The translations under genes were made by a program, and so were the position numbers. The notes beneath the pieces are model-generated. The model did no database searches. It was not told the origin of the DNA and worked only from the letters and a program-made list of their open reading frames with translations. This document shows positions 15,452 to 23,358 of a DNA stretch of 24,000 nucleotides, piece by piece (within the stretch, counting starts at the first letter, position 1; each line of letters opens with the position of its first letter). Source of the DNA: Pyrinomonadaceae bacterium (GTDB lineage Bacteria > Acidobacteriota > Blastocatellia > Pyrinomonadales > Pyrinomonadaceae); contig DASVQI010000006.1 in the NCBI GenBank assembly GCA_036389255.1, positions 260,852 through 284,851 of the forward strand, written 5' to 3'.

Positions 15452-18313
15452 GTGAATATACCACCTCGATTGAGCGCCCTTTTACATAAAGATGACAACT
15501 TAACAGGCGCTGTGCTTCACGCTATCAGCGTTGTCAGACCGTGGTTTGAAGACAACAAATTGGTCTTTTTCCACGGGTACACCGACCACGGCCCGAAGCA
15601 CATTCAAGAAGTCTTTGATACGGCCGAATTCCTAATTACGGAAAGCGCCTGGAAGATATTGAATCCCAAGGACGTGGCGGTTCTAATTCTGGGGATAATT
15701 CTCCATGACTGCGCCATGCACCTCAGTGAGGACGGATTCATAACGCTTATCAATGACGACTCACGCCCCCTCAACGAAGGTTTCGGGGATCAGCCGTGGC
15801 CGCGGCTGTGGAATGACTTCATGGCGGAGGCCAGACGCTTCGACGATAGAAAGCTGAAGGCCCTCTTCGACGACGTGAAGCCAGTGCGGGTGCCTCCGCT
15901 AGATCCGCTTATGATGACCCAGCGGGACCGGTTTTTAATCGGCGAATTCCTCCGCCAGCACCACCCGCGCCTCGCGCATGAGATCGCCGTGATGGGAGTG
16001 CCGGGGCCGCCCGACAAAGGACTTTCACTGGGTGACATCCCTTCCGATGTCAGAGATCTGGCCGGGCTCGTGGCTCGAAGTCACGGGCTTGACCTGCGAG
16101 TGTCCGTCGATTATTTGAATGATAAAGGCAAGTGGGGGGCACGCAGGACGGCCGGGGTGCACGTCACTTACCTCATGGTCTTAGTGCGGATTGCGGACTA
16201 CCTCCAGATTCATAGCACCCGCGCCCCGCGGGAAGTGTTACAGGTGCGTTCTCTCCGAAGTCCCGTATCCCGAGGTGAGTGGGATGCCCACGGAGACATA
16301 ATCGACATCCATCCTGAGACAGACGACCCGGAGGCCATTTGGGTCGAGGCCAAGCCGAAGGATGTAAAGACCTACCTTAAACTGAAATATTTGTTAACTG
16401 ATATCCAGAGGGAGATGGACGAGTCGTGGGCCGTGCTCGGCGAGGTCTACGGCCCTAAAGAAGACCTCAGAGGATTCGGGATCAGTCTCCGGCGCATCAG
16501 ATCTAACATTCAGGATGTCGACTCCTTCGCCAGAAGCGTAGATTATGTCCCTAAGCATGCGGCGCTTCAAACCGCCGGGGTAGACCTTCTTAAGCTGCTC
16601 ATCACGCCACTGTACGGTGACAGGCCGGAAATGGGGGTTAGGGAGTTGCTCCAGAATGCCGTCGATGCCTGCCTCGAGCTGGAGGATTATCTGGGCAAAA
16701 ATCCGCCGTTGCCTCGACCCGATCTCCAGGAGCAGAGCGCCGACGTGGCCATCTCAATTACGGAGAAAGAAGACGGAACGAAATGGCTGAGCGTGAGCGA
16801 CCGCGGGATAGGTATGACTGTCGACACAATACTAAACTATTTTTTGAAGGCAGGCGCCTCCTTTCGCTTTAGCCATGCCTGGCGCCGGCAGCACGAAGAC
16901 GAGCAGGGACAGACGCAGGTATTACGCTCCGGCCGCTTCGGAATAGGCATTCTGGCAGGGTTCTTATTGGGTAATGAGATCCACGTCTCCACTCGCCACG
17001 TGACTGCGCGGCACGATGAAGGGATAAGCTTCGTCTGCCGCCTCGAGGACGAAACGCTACAACTCGATCGCACCTCCAGACCCGTCGGTACAACGGTGTC
17101 AATACAGCTCCCTGAAGCCGTATTCCGTAAGCTAGCGAAAGACTGCTTCAACTGGCATGGGTACATTTTTGAAGAGCCGGCGTTCAGTTGGTATTGGTAT
17201 TGTCTTGAAAAGCCGTCGGCCCATTTCTTAATACAAGACCGCATAGTAAAGCAGACTTATGTGTTGCCGTCGGCTGATTCAGACCTCCCGCCGGAATGGA
17301 GGAGGGTACGACACCCGGACTTTCGAGACATCCACTGGACGTACTTGGGAAGTGCGCTGCCGTTAACGTGTAACGGGATCGCCGTAATAGATTTAAGTAA
17401 AGAAGATGATGAAGAGGATGATGAAGAGAATGACTTTGGCGGGGAAGAATTTACCCGTCCTAGATTATCAATATTTGATCCGAACGGGGCTCTACCGCTG
17501 AACCTTCAAAGGACATGCCTTTCCGTGAAAAAGCTGCCGTTCGAGGCCGAGTTGGTTAAAGACATATGCTACGACATACTGGCCTTTATGCTCGTGCGCA
17601 CGCCCAGTAGAAGGCCGTCCATGAGCGGGCAAAATGCCAAGCGTAACGTGCTTAAGGCCGAACACCTAAGCCATCCCGGGGCCGACACTGATGGCTGGAT
17701 ATTATTCACCCGCGAAGGTCTTGCGTTGCTGGAATTGTGGGACATTCAGAATCCGGGAGTGCCGGAAATATACGCGCTCACCAGCAGGCGGTTACTCGCC
17801 GTGCTCGGAAATAAATCGTTCAGACCACATATACCTTTCTTCGGCGAGAAGGAGTTGGAAAACATACTGAGCGGGAGGCCTGGTATTGGCGGGGCTGGGA
17901 TCAAAGGCAGTAGGGTGATCCTACACAAGCGTAAGGTTCCCTCGCTGACTCAACGTAGTCCTCGTCACCGGAAGAATGAGTTTCTCGAAAGTAAGTTAAG
18001 AGAGTTGTGGCACAAGGAGTGGGAGAATGACACGTGGCTCTTAATGAAGCGTGGCGACTGTCCGCCGCAGGAACTGAAGCCGGATAAGCTTCCTCTCGAA
18101 GAGGGCTCTGACCCCGCAGAGTTTTTGACAATTATCTACCCTGGGGAACTGCCAGGAGGAAATAGCTTGTTGGCAGAAACCTGGCGTGAGACCATGGACT
18201 TGCCTTATATCCCCTACGACTTAGAAAAAAGGCGCGAACTCTTATCCAGTGCCTACCGTAGGTTGGCTTCATACGTGCAAGCATGGGAACAACTCGGATT
18301 AAGTCGGAAGTGA
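15452..18313 (+). CDS. HD-domain phosphohydrolase fused to an Hsp90/MORC-like GHKL ATPase (953 aa)
   Basis: The N-terminus carries HD-superfamily residues (YTDHGPKH...LGIILHDCAMH...RQHHPRLAHE...VARSHG...LVRIADYLQ). The centre carries a GHKL Bergerat fold: N-box VRELLQNAVDA, G1 VSDRGIGMT, G2 RSGRFGIGILAGF. GTG 15452 lies 5 nt after the qatD stop, with AGGAG 11 nt upstream. Confidence 0.75.
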   Translation: MNIPPRLSALLHKDDNLTGAVLHAISVVRPWFEDNKLVFFHGYTDHGPKHIQEVFDTAEFLITESAWKILNPKDVAVLILGIILHDCAMHLSEDGFITLINDDSRPLNEGFGDQPWPRLWNDFMAEARRFDDRKLKALFDDVKPVRVPPLDPLMMTQRDRFLIGEFLRQHHPRLAHEIAVMGVPGPPDKGLSLGDIPSDVRDLAGLVARSHGLDLRVSVDYLNDKGKWGARRTAGVHVTYLMVLVRIADYLQIHSTRAPREVLQVRSLRSPVSRGEWDAHGDIIDIHPETDDPEAIWVEAKPKDVKTYLKLKYLLTDIQREMDESWAVLGEVYGPKEDLRGFGISLRRIRSNIQDVDSFARSVDYVPKHAALQTAGVDLLKLLITPLYGDRPEMGVRELLQNAVDACLELEDYLGKNPPLPRPDLQEQSADVAISITEKEDGTKWLSVSDRGIGMTVDTILNYFLKAGASFRFSHAWRRQHEDEQGQTQVLRSGRFGIGILAGFLLGNEIHVSTRHVTARHDEGISFVCRLEDETLQLDRTSRPVGTTVSIQLPEAVFRKLAKDCFNWHGYIFEEPAFSWYWYCLEKPSAHFLIQDRIVKQTYVLPSADSDLPPEWRRVRHPDFRDIHWTYLGSALPLTCNGIAVIDLSKEDDEEDDEENDFGGEEFTRPRLSIFDPNGALPLNLQRTCLSVKKLPFEAELVKDICYDILAFMLVRTPSRRPSMSGQNAKRNVLKAEHLSHPGADTDGWILFTREGLALLELWDIQNPGVPEIYALTSRRLLAVLGNKSFRPHIPFFGEKELENILSGRPGIGGAGIKGSRVILHKRKVPSLTQRSPRHRKNEFLESKLRELWHKEWENDTWLLMKRGDCPPQELKPDKLPLEEGSDPAEFLTIIYPGELPGGNSLLAETWRETMDLPYIPYDLEKRRELLSSAYRRLASYVQAWEQLGLSRK
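17405..17428 (+). repeat. perfect in-frame 12-bp tandem duplication GATGATGAAGAG x2 (encodes DDEE-DDEE)
   Basis: Read directly from the sequence: 17405-17416 is identical to 17417-17428. It lies inside the acidic stretch SKEDDEEDDEENDFGGEEF of the HD-GHKL protein. Confidence 0.9.
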
Positions 18314-18446
18314 GATAATGTCGGAAGATCTACTTGGTTTGTGTAGCCGTCGACAACACTCTGCTTGGTTCCATTGTCGAATGCGAAAAAGAGGAACCGA
18401 GTACTGTACGATAAGCTAAATCTGCCAAGCACCTGAGGAGGAGGTC

Positions 18447-19145
18447 ATGCTGGCTGTAGTTAAATGTGTCGTATGCAGACAAGAGGCGTTTGTCAGAGAC
18501 TCATATCAGTCCGGTCAGTATACCTGCCTTACTTTGAGCTGCGGCTGTGAAAATGTTCTTTGTCCGACCTATAACAAGCCCTCCTCCAATGTCACGTACG
18601 CAGAAGGAGAATATTTTCTTCTTTGCGATGAGTGTGACAAAGATGCTGCCGGTTTTGATTTCCCCGAAGAGCCAGAGACAGAAGAAACGTTTCAGTTCCA
18701 GCAAAGGTCAAGATATGTCAGCCCCACCTGGCGAAAGATGAACCGCGCTTATTCGTTGGATGACCTGCGGAAAGAGCACCCCCGCGCATACTTAAAATGG
18801 ACTGAGGATGAGAAAATTGCTCTTTTTACTCTACGCAACCAAGGCAAAACGAATGCTGAATTAGATGCGATTTTTCTACGACAGCCCGGTGTAACTAGAC
18901 TCCCGGAGTCAGAGCGATTTGTTCCCGATTCCGCCGCCATATATTTGCTGGGCGAGAAAATTACCTGTGGTACCTGTCAACATGAAGCTATTCTTACATA
19001 CCTCCACCTGGAAAAAGTTGCTCAGCATCTAAAGCTGAAAGTACTGGATATGAGCAAAGAGATGATTCTGGAAGTTATGAGAGCCTCTTTCAAATGTACT
19101 CAATGCAAATCAAAAAGCGTAACTATTGAAAATGATCTCGCGTAA
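18447..19145 (+). CDS. double zinc-ribbon protein with a central Myb/SANT-like helix-turn-helix segment (hypothetical)
   Basis: A strong SD (GAGGAGGAGG) precedes ATG 18447. The N-terminus has CxxC...C.C....C plus CDEC, and the C-terminus has CGTC...CTQC. The middle segment is YLKWTEDEKIALFTLRNQGKTNAELDAIF. Confidence 0.6.
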   Translation: MLAVVKCVVCRQEAFVRDSYQSGQYTCLTLSCGCENVLCPTYNKPSSNVTYAEGEYFLLCDECDKDAAGFDFPEEPETEETFQFQQRSRYVSPTWRKMNRAYSLDDLRKEHPRAYLKWTEDEKIALFTLRNQGKTNAELDAIFLRQPGVTRLPESERFVPDSAAIYLLGEKITCGTCQHEAILTYLHLEKVAQHLKLKVLDMSKEMILEVMRASFKCTQCKSKSVTIENDLA

Positions 19146-20109
19146 AAGTGCCAGATTATTAGCGGAAGCCTATGATAGTGCGTTTTCAGACGTAACCACT
19201 GAAACTCAGCGCACTTCATCAAAATATGGTGTCCTTGCTGGTATCTCTGAAATACCTGAATCAGAATATGACGGAACAAAACAGATAGAACATTACCAAT
19301 TACGCGTCGAAGATTTATATGAATTTCTTTACGATGAAGACTACGAGCCCTGGTTTTTAGGGATTTTCAGAGACATAACTAACACCATTAATAAGACAAT
19401 ATTGAAGCAGCGGCTAATGTTCCTTCATACAGGAGAATTATTCTGCCTGTTCTCCGGGCCGCATAAAACAGAAAGCGAGGAGGAGAGACAGAAGGCGGGG
19501 CAGAAGTATATGAAAGAGTTGGCCCAATCTCTTTTTAAGCTATACGAGTCTGACCCTTCAATAATACCGGCTAGAGCAAATGAGAAAATTGATAAGTTAA
19601 AATCCCAGCTAGAGCTTGATGGCTATATCTATAGGAATGGTACTCTTTACCCTACAGAAAGTTCTGTGATCGATGAAACCGAGGAACAGAGTTATTTAGA
19701 GCTTCTGGTTGTTCAGTCTAATTTACAAGACCATGCTGTTATTAAACACCATATTCGATTAGCAGAAGAGGCTTATGCTAATAAAAGGTGGAGTGATAGC
19801 ATTTCGAACGCCAGAAATTTCCTGGAGGCAATCCTTGAACAAGTTTCTCATGCCCTACACACTAAAAATGCTCTAACGAACCAACCTCCGAACCGCCCTC
19901 TAGCGGTCCGTGACTTTTTAGAGCAGCAAGGTTTTATAGATCAGACAGAAAAAGAAGCGATATCCAAAGTATATGGGTTGATTAGTAATACCGGGTCTCA
20001 TCCTAATATTGCCGAGAAAGATCAGGCCCGATTAATGAGACACTTGGCCCTAACCTTCAGCCAATTTATGCTTTTACGTTGGGAAGGGTATTTGAAGAAT
20101 AATCCATAA
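19132..20109 (+). CDS. hypothetical protein with an Abi_C/HEPN-like C-terminal domain
   Basis: ATG 19132 overlaps the upstream gene by 14 nt. The C-terminal ~120 aa (RWSDSISNARNFLEAILEQVSHAL...ISKVYGLISNTGSHPN...DQARLMRHLALTFSQFML) fit my memory of the Abi_C consensus (A...ar.alEs.lk.i...l..lrN..g.aH....A.....la..l..fl). Confidence 0.5.
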   Translation: MISRKSARLLAEAYDSAFSDVTTETQRTSSKYGVLAGISEIPESEYDGTKQIEHYQLRVEDLYEFLYDEDYEPWFLGIFRDITNTINKTILKQRLMFLHTGELFCLFSGPHKTESEEERQKAGQKYMKELAQSLFKLYESDPSIIPARANEKIDKLKSQLELDGYIYRNGTLYPTESSVIDETEEQSYLELLVVQSNLQDHAVIKHHIRLAEEAYANKRWSDSISNARNFLEAILEQVSHALHTKNALTNQPPNRPLAVRDFLEQQGFIDQTEKEAISKVYGLISNTGSHPNIAEKDQARLMRHLALTFSQFMLLRWEGYLKNNP

Positions 20110-20181
20110 AAGGAAAGGGTATGATAAGCAAATAAGGCGCGCACTCTCTTTATTTCTTCAATAAATATCTGTATGCGTTTA

Positions 20182-20212
20182 GATTCTCATCATGAAGTGA
20201 GAATCGTGATTC
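20182..20212. repeat. inverted-repeat cluster: 8-bp perfect stem GATTCTCA/TGAGAATC with an 8-nt loop, overlapping a GAATC-gt-GATTC palindrome
   Basis: Read directly from the sequence: 20182-20189 is the reverse complement of 20198-20205, and 20201-20205 is the reverse complement of 20208-20212. The cluster is intergenic, 73 nt after the stop at 20109 and 41 nt before ATG 20253. No U-tract follows. Confidence 0.6.
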
Positions 20213-20252
20213 ACTAGAGGCTAACCACTCGTTAATGTAAAATATAATTGGC

Positions 20253-20774
20253 ATGAGTGATCATGATTACACGCCAGAGCAAGCGCTTGAAACTCTTCTC
20301 AGAAAGGTTGGAGAAAGAGACCCGATCCTTGCAGAACGTATCAGAATCGCTATAGACGCTGGGAAGGATATCAGCGAAACGGAAGTGCCTAGAACTCGCA
20401 AGCAAAAGCCACGTACTTATCGGCGAAAAGTTGCTTATTCTCACAAAGAGGCTTTGGCTGTAGCTCTCGGCGTTCTTCGCTCTCATTTCATTGAGTTGCC
20501 GCTATTCATCAATTCGGCCGCGGCGAACTTTGCTGAAGCGGCTATAGGAATCCCAGAGCCGACACGCCGTCAGCAGGCAATTATGAGCCATGGGAGTGAC
20601 GCCTTAATCTTGAAGGGTGCTGGAGAACCGAAGCAACTTCAAATTGAACTCCAGACGGAAACTCAACTTTCTAATGTGAATGAAGACACACTAAATATGG
20701 AGCCTGTAGCGGAGGGACTGATTGAAGAAGAACAGGCAAACCTTCGTAGGCTTGAAGAATTGACTTCCTTCTAG
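20253..20774 (+). CDS. hypothetical protein (173 aa)
   Basis: ORF only, with no motif recognised. No SD is present. TATAAT at 20243-20248 ends 4 nt before the ATG. The next gene starts 14 nt after its stop. Confidence 0.45.
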   Translation: MSDHDYTPEQALETLLRKVGERDPILAERIRIAIDAGKDISETEVPRTRKQKPRTYRRKVAYSHKEALAVALGVLRSHFIELPLFINSAAANFAEAAIGIPEPTRRQQAIMSHGSDALILKGAGEPKQLQIELQTETQLSNVNEDTLNMEPVAEGLIEEEQANLRRLEELTSF

Positions 20775-20788
20775 GGAATCATGCAGTT

Positions 20789-21463
20789 ATGGCGACCCTC
20801 ACAGATCTTGAGAACGCAATCGATACTCTGCTTAACCACCCAGCTGGCTTAGGCCAATATCAGCTTGTGCGCAGGGTCGAAGACAAAGCCTACGAGGCAT
20901 ATGTCTTTGGGCTTTGTCTTCGAGCAGTGCGCCAACTCGGGGTGACGCCTGTACTTAGAGGCATTAGCGGACCTCCCACTCCATTCGTCTTCCGCGGAGG
21001 GCCGGGACAGATTCATTCCACTGCGCGCAATTATGGTTACGCTACGTTCAGTCTTAACGGCCATAACTTCGAGATACACGCAGGAGTGGAGTTCTGCGGC
21101 ACGAGCGATATGACACATGAGGTTGACGTGTGCATTATTCGCGCTGCGGAAGCAGAGGCTTGTCGCATTGAGCCGGATGACCCCCGGGCAGCAGGACTTT
21201 TCGCCGGTTGGGAGTGCAAGTTTTATTCGGGAAACCTAGATAAGGTACTGGGACGCGCGTTCGTCGGATTAATGGATGACATGGGTACCAATGCTCGCCT
21301 TAGTGGTATGTGCTCGAACTCTGTTCACCCGCAGCTCCTTGATTACTTCAAGCCTCAGCGGCGGCCTTACCCGCACTTCAAGCTGACGCCCCTTGAGCCT
21401 TCAAATGAAGACATCTTCGTCAATTTGGTCAAGGCCGAGCTAAAGAAGATGACGGCTGCTTAA
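20789..21463 (+). CDS. PD-(D/E)xK nuclease-fold protein (restriction-endonuclease-like), hypothetical
   Basis: Catalytic-core-like elements occur in order: an early helix Glu (YEAYVFGLCL), an Asp on a strand (THEVDVCIIRA) and E-x-K (FAGWECKFYSG). Confidence 0.5.
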   Translation: MATLTDLENAIDTLLNHPAGLGQYQLVRRVEDKAYEAYVFGLCLRAVRQLGVTPVLRGISGPPTPFVFRGGPGQIHSTARNYGYATFSLNGHNFEIHAGVEFCGTSDMTHEVDVCIIRAAEAEACRIEPDDPRAAGLFAGWECKFYSGNLDKVLGRAFVGLMDDMGTNARLSGMCSNSVHPQLLDYFKPQRRPYPHFKLTPLEPSNEDIFVNLVKAELKKMTAA

Positions 21464-21549
21464 GTCTGGCAACGCTCCGTCGCCGACTTCGCTTCTTATT
21501 ATATAGCTGGTTAGAAAAGTAAGATTGGTAGTTCTCTGTGAAGGCGGAA

Positions 21550-23094
21550 ATGAAAAGAAAGCCGGTAGTATTTCTGAGTTCGGTTTTCCGGGACTTAAAG
21601 CAACACCGTGACCGGATTTACCGCATTATTACCGAGGAGTTTGGCTGGGAATGTAATGCGTACGAATCCCATAGCGAAGAATATGTCGGTTCGACCGAAA
21701 AAGCTTGCCTCAACAAAGTAGAAGCCTGCGACTTATTTATTGGTGTTTTCTGGAAGCACTCGGGTTCCGTGATCCCTCACGACAACGTGTACATCACCGA
21801 AATGGAATATTACCGCGCACGGAATTTGCGAAAGCCTATGAGGATGTATGTGGTAAACGCAGGGCCTGAGGATGCAGATGCAGATCTGGAATATTTTATA
21901 AAGTCAATGATGGAGCCCGATAACGGGCTATGCATCGAATTCTGTAAAGACTTTCATGAACTGATCACCAAGCTAAAGAAAGGTTTAGATTATTTTGGCG
22001 ATTGTTGGGAAAAGGGAGACGTAGCTCATTGGGTACCTAGTTTCCTCATCGACAAAATCCTGAAGGACCGTGGATTTCTCATAGAAAACTCAGAGTTATA
22101 CCGTCTGCCAAGGCGGGCGCAGGTTATGGCTGGGCCGGTTGACATGAGGCACTTCCGCCGGAAAGTCGAACTCATGCGTAGCGATTATGAGCGCTCTGAG
22201 TTTCAAAGGGCGGGGGAAATAGGTTCTGAATTATTACTGGATTTCCTAAACGCCGGCATATCGTTTGAGAAGAAAGAACTCCTCCCCCTGTGGACTGATT
22301 TTCTCCGAATGTGGGCAGGTACTTGCACTTGGTTGAATATCTTGAACGTGCCCTACGGTGGAGTTTGGGCGGCCAGAATATTAAGAGAGACTTACCAGGC
22401 ACAGGAGCATTGGGCCTCTTTTCATGATTCAGCCTCTCTTCTTTCTCACGTCCATTATGTTCAGGCATGCTCTACAAAAGATGAGAGCCTGTTTATGGGC
22501 GTGCGTCCGACACGTAGAAAAAGATTTCAGGATGAGAGGCGCGCGATAATTAGCATTCAGGCAGGGCTGGAAGAGAAACGGCAGCAATTATTACGAAAGG
22601 CATTGGATTATGACAAAATGTTTGTGACGCGGTCCAAGCCGAAGTACCTGTATCTTTATCGAGCGTACATCTACCAAGTTATGGGCGACTATGAACAAGC
22701 GATTTCAGACTTCGAGCGGATGATATATTACTATCAAGAATCTTCAGATGATTTCAGTTACATAAATACCTTGGCCGATTTCGGCGGCACTAAAGTTCTG
22801 AGAGCGATAAACGACAAAGTATCTAAATCGACGAAGTCTAAGTTAATAAAAGATGGATTGCGTTCCTTACAGAAAGCGCATGAGAGAGTGCAAATGTATT
22901 CCGCTCCTCAATGGCTTCCTTATCGCCTCATTATCGAGAAGGAATACGCGAAGGGCTTGCTCTTGTCAGGAGATAAAGAAACCGCAGGGAGTTTGCTGGC
23001 TGGCTTGTATCAGACCGCTGTGATTGAAGGTCTCTCTCAACAAGCCGGAAGCATAGGTATTCTGCTGGATAAAAGCAGAGATCTTCTTCCCTGA
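21550..23094 (+). CDS. DUF4062 (TIR/nucleoside-deoxyribosyltransferase-like) N-terminal domain protein with a C-terminal TPR-like helical repeat region
   Basis: PVVFLSSVFRDLKQHRDRIYRIITE...VEACDLFIGVFWKHSGSV...ITEMEYYRARNLRKPMRMYVV closely follows the DUF4062 consensus (vFiSStfrDl.eeR..v...i.....cDlfv.i...rYGs...S.TE.Ey..A...gkp.l.f). The C-terminus has TPR-like units (YRAYIYQVMGDYEQAISDFERMIYYY). No P-loop is present. ATG 21550 was preferred over GTG 21538. Confidence 0.65.
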   Translation: MKRKPVVFLSSVFRDLKQHRDRIYRIITEEFGWECNAYESHSEEYVGSTEKACLNKVEACDLFIGVFWKHSGSVIPHDNVYITEMEYYRARNLRKPMRMYVVNAGPEDADADLEYFIKSMMEPDNGLCIEFCKDFHELITKLKKGLDYFGDCWEKGDVAHWVPSFLIDKILKDRGFLIENSELYRLPRRAQVMAGPVDMRHFRRKVELMRSDYERSEFQRAGEIGSELLLDFLNAGISFEKKELLPLWTDFLRMWAGTCTWLNILNVPYGGVWAARILRETYQAQEHWASFHDSASLLSHVHYVQACSTKDESLFMGVRPTRRKRFQDERRAIISIQAGLEEKRQQLLRKALDYDKMFVTRSKPKYLYLYRAYIYQVMGDYEQAISDFERMIYYYQESSDDFSYINTLADFGGTKVLRAINDKVSKSTKSKLIKDGLRSLQKAHERVQMYSAPQWLPYRLIIEKEYAKGLLLSGDKETAGSLLAGLYQTAVIEGLSQQAGSIGILLDKSRDLLP

Positions 23095-23358
23095 AGAAGG
23101 CTCAATTTAGAACAGACCAGCGTCATGAGTTATTTATCATGGGGCATTACTGTGTAAGACTATAGCGTAAAGAGGTTGCATGACCACGGTCACATTAGCA
23201 AGACTAAGAAACTATCTACGTAAAATGTACAAAACTGCTATCATAGAAGGCGAAGACTTCAGGTTCATACTCGTTTTATAGAGAATATTAAGGACAACTT
23301 TAGATCTTAGGCTTAGACAATATCCTAAGTAATAGCTGACATAACTTTAGGAGCTATC

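Noticed and set aside
18343-18391. 9-bp stem (CTTGGTTCC / GGAACCGAG, one G-U pair) with a 20-nt loop after the HD-GHKL gene
   Set aside because: I considered it as the terminator of the Qat/HD-GHKL transcript. The loop is too large and no U-tract follows, so I do not call it a terminator.
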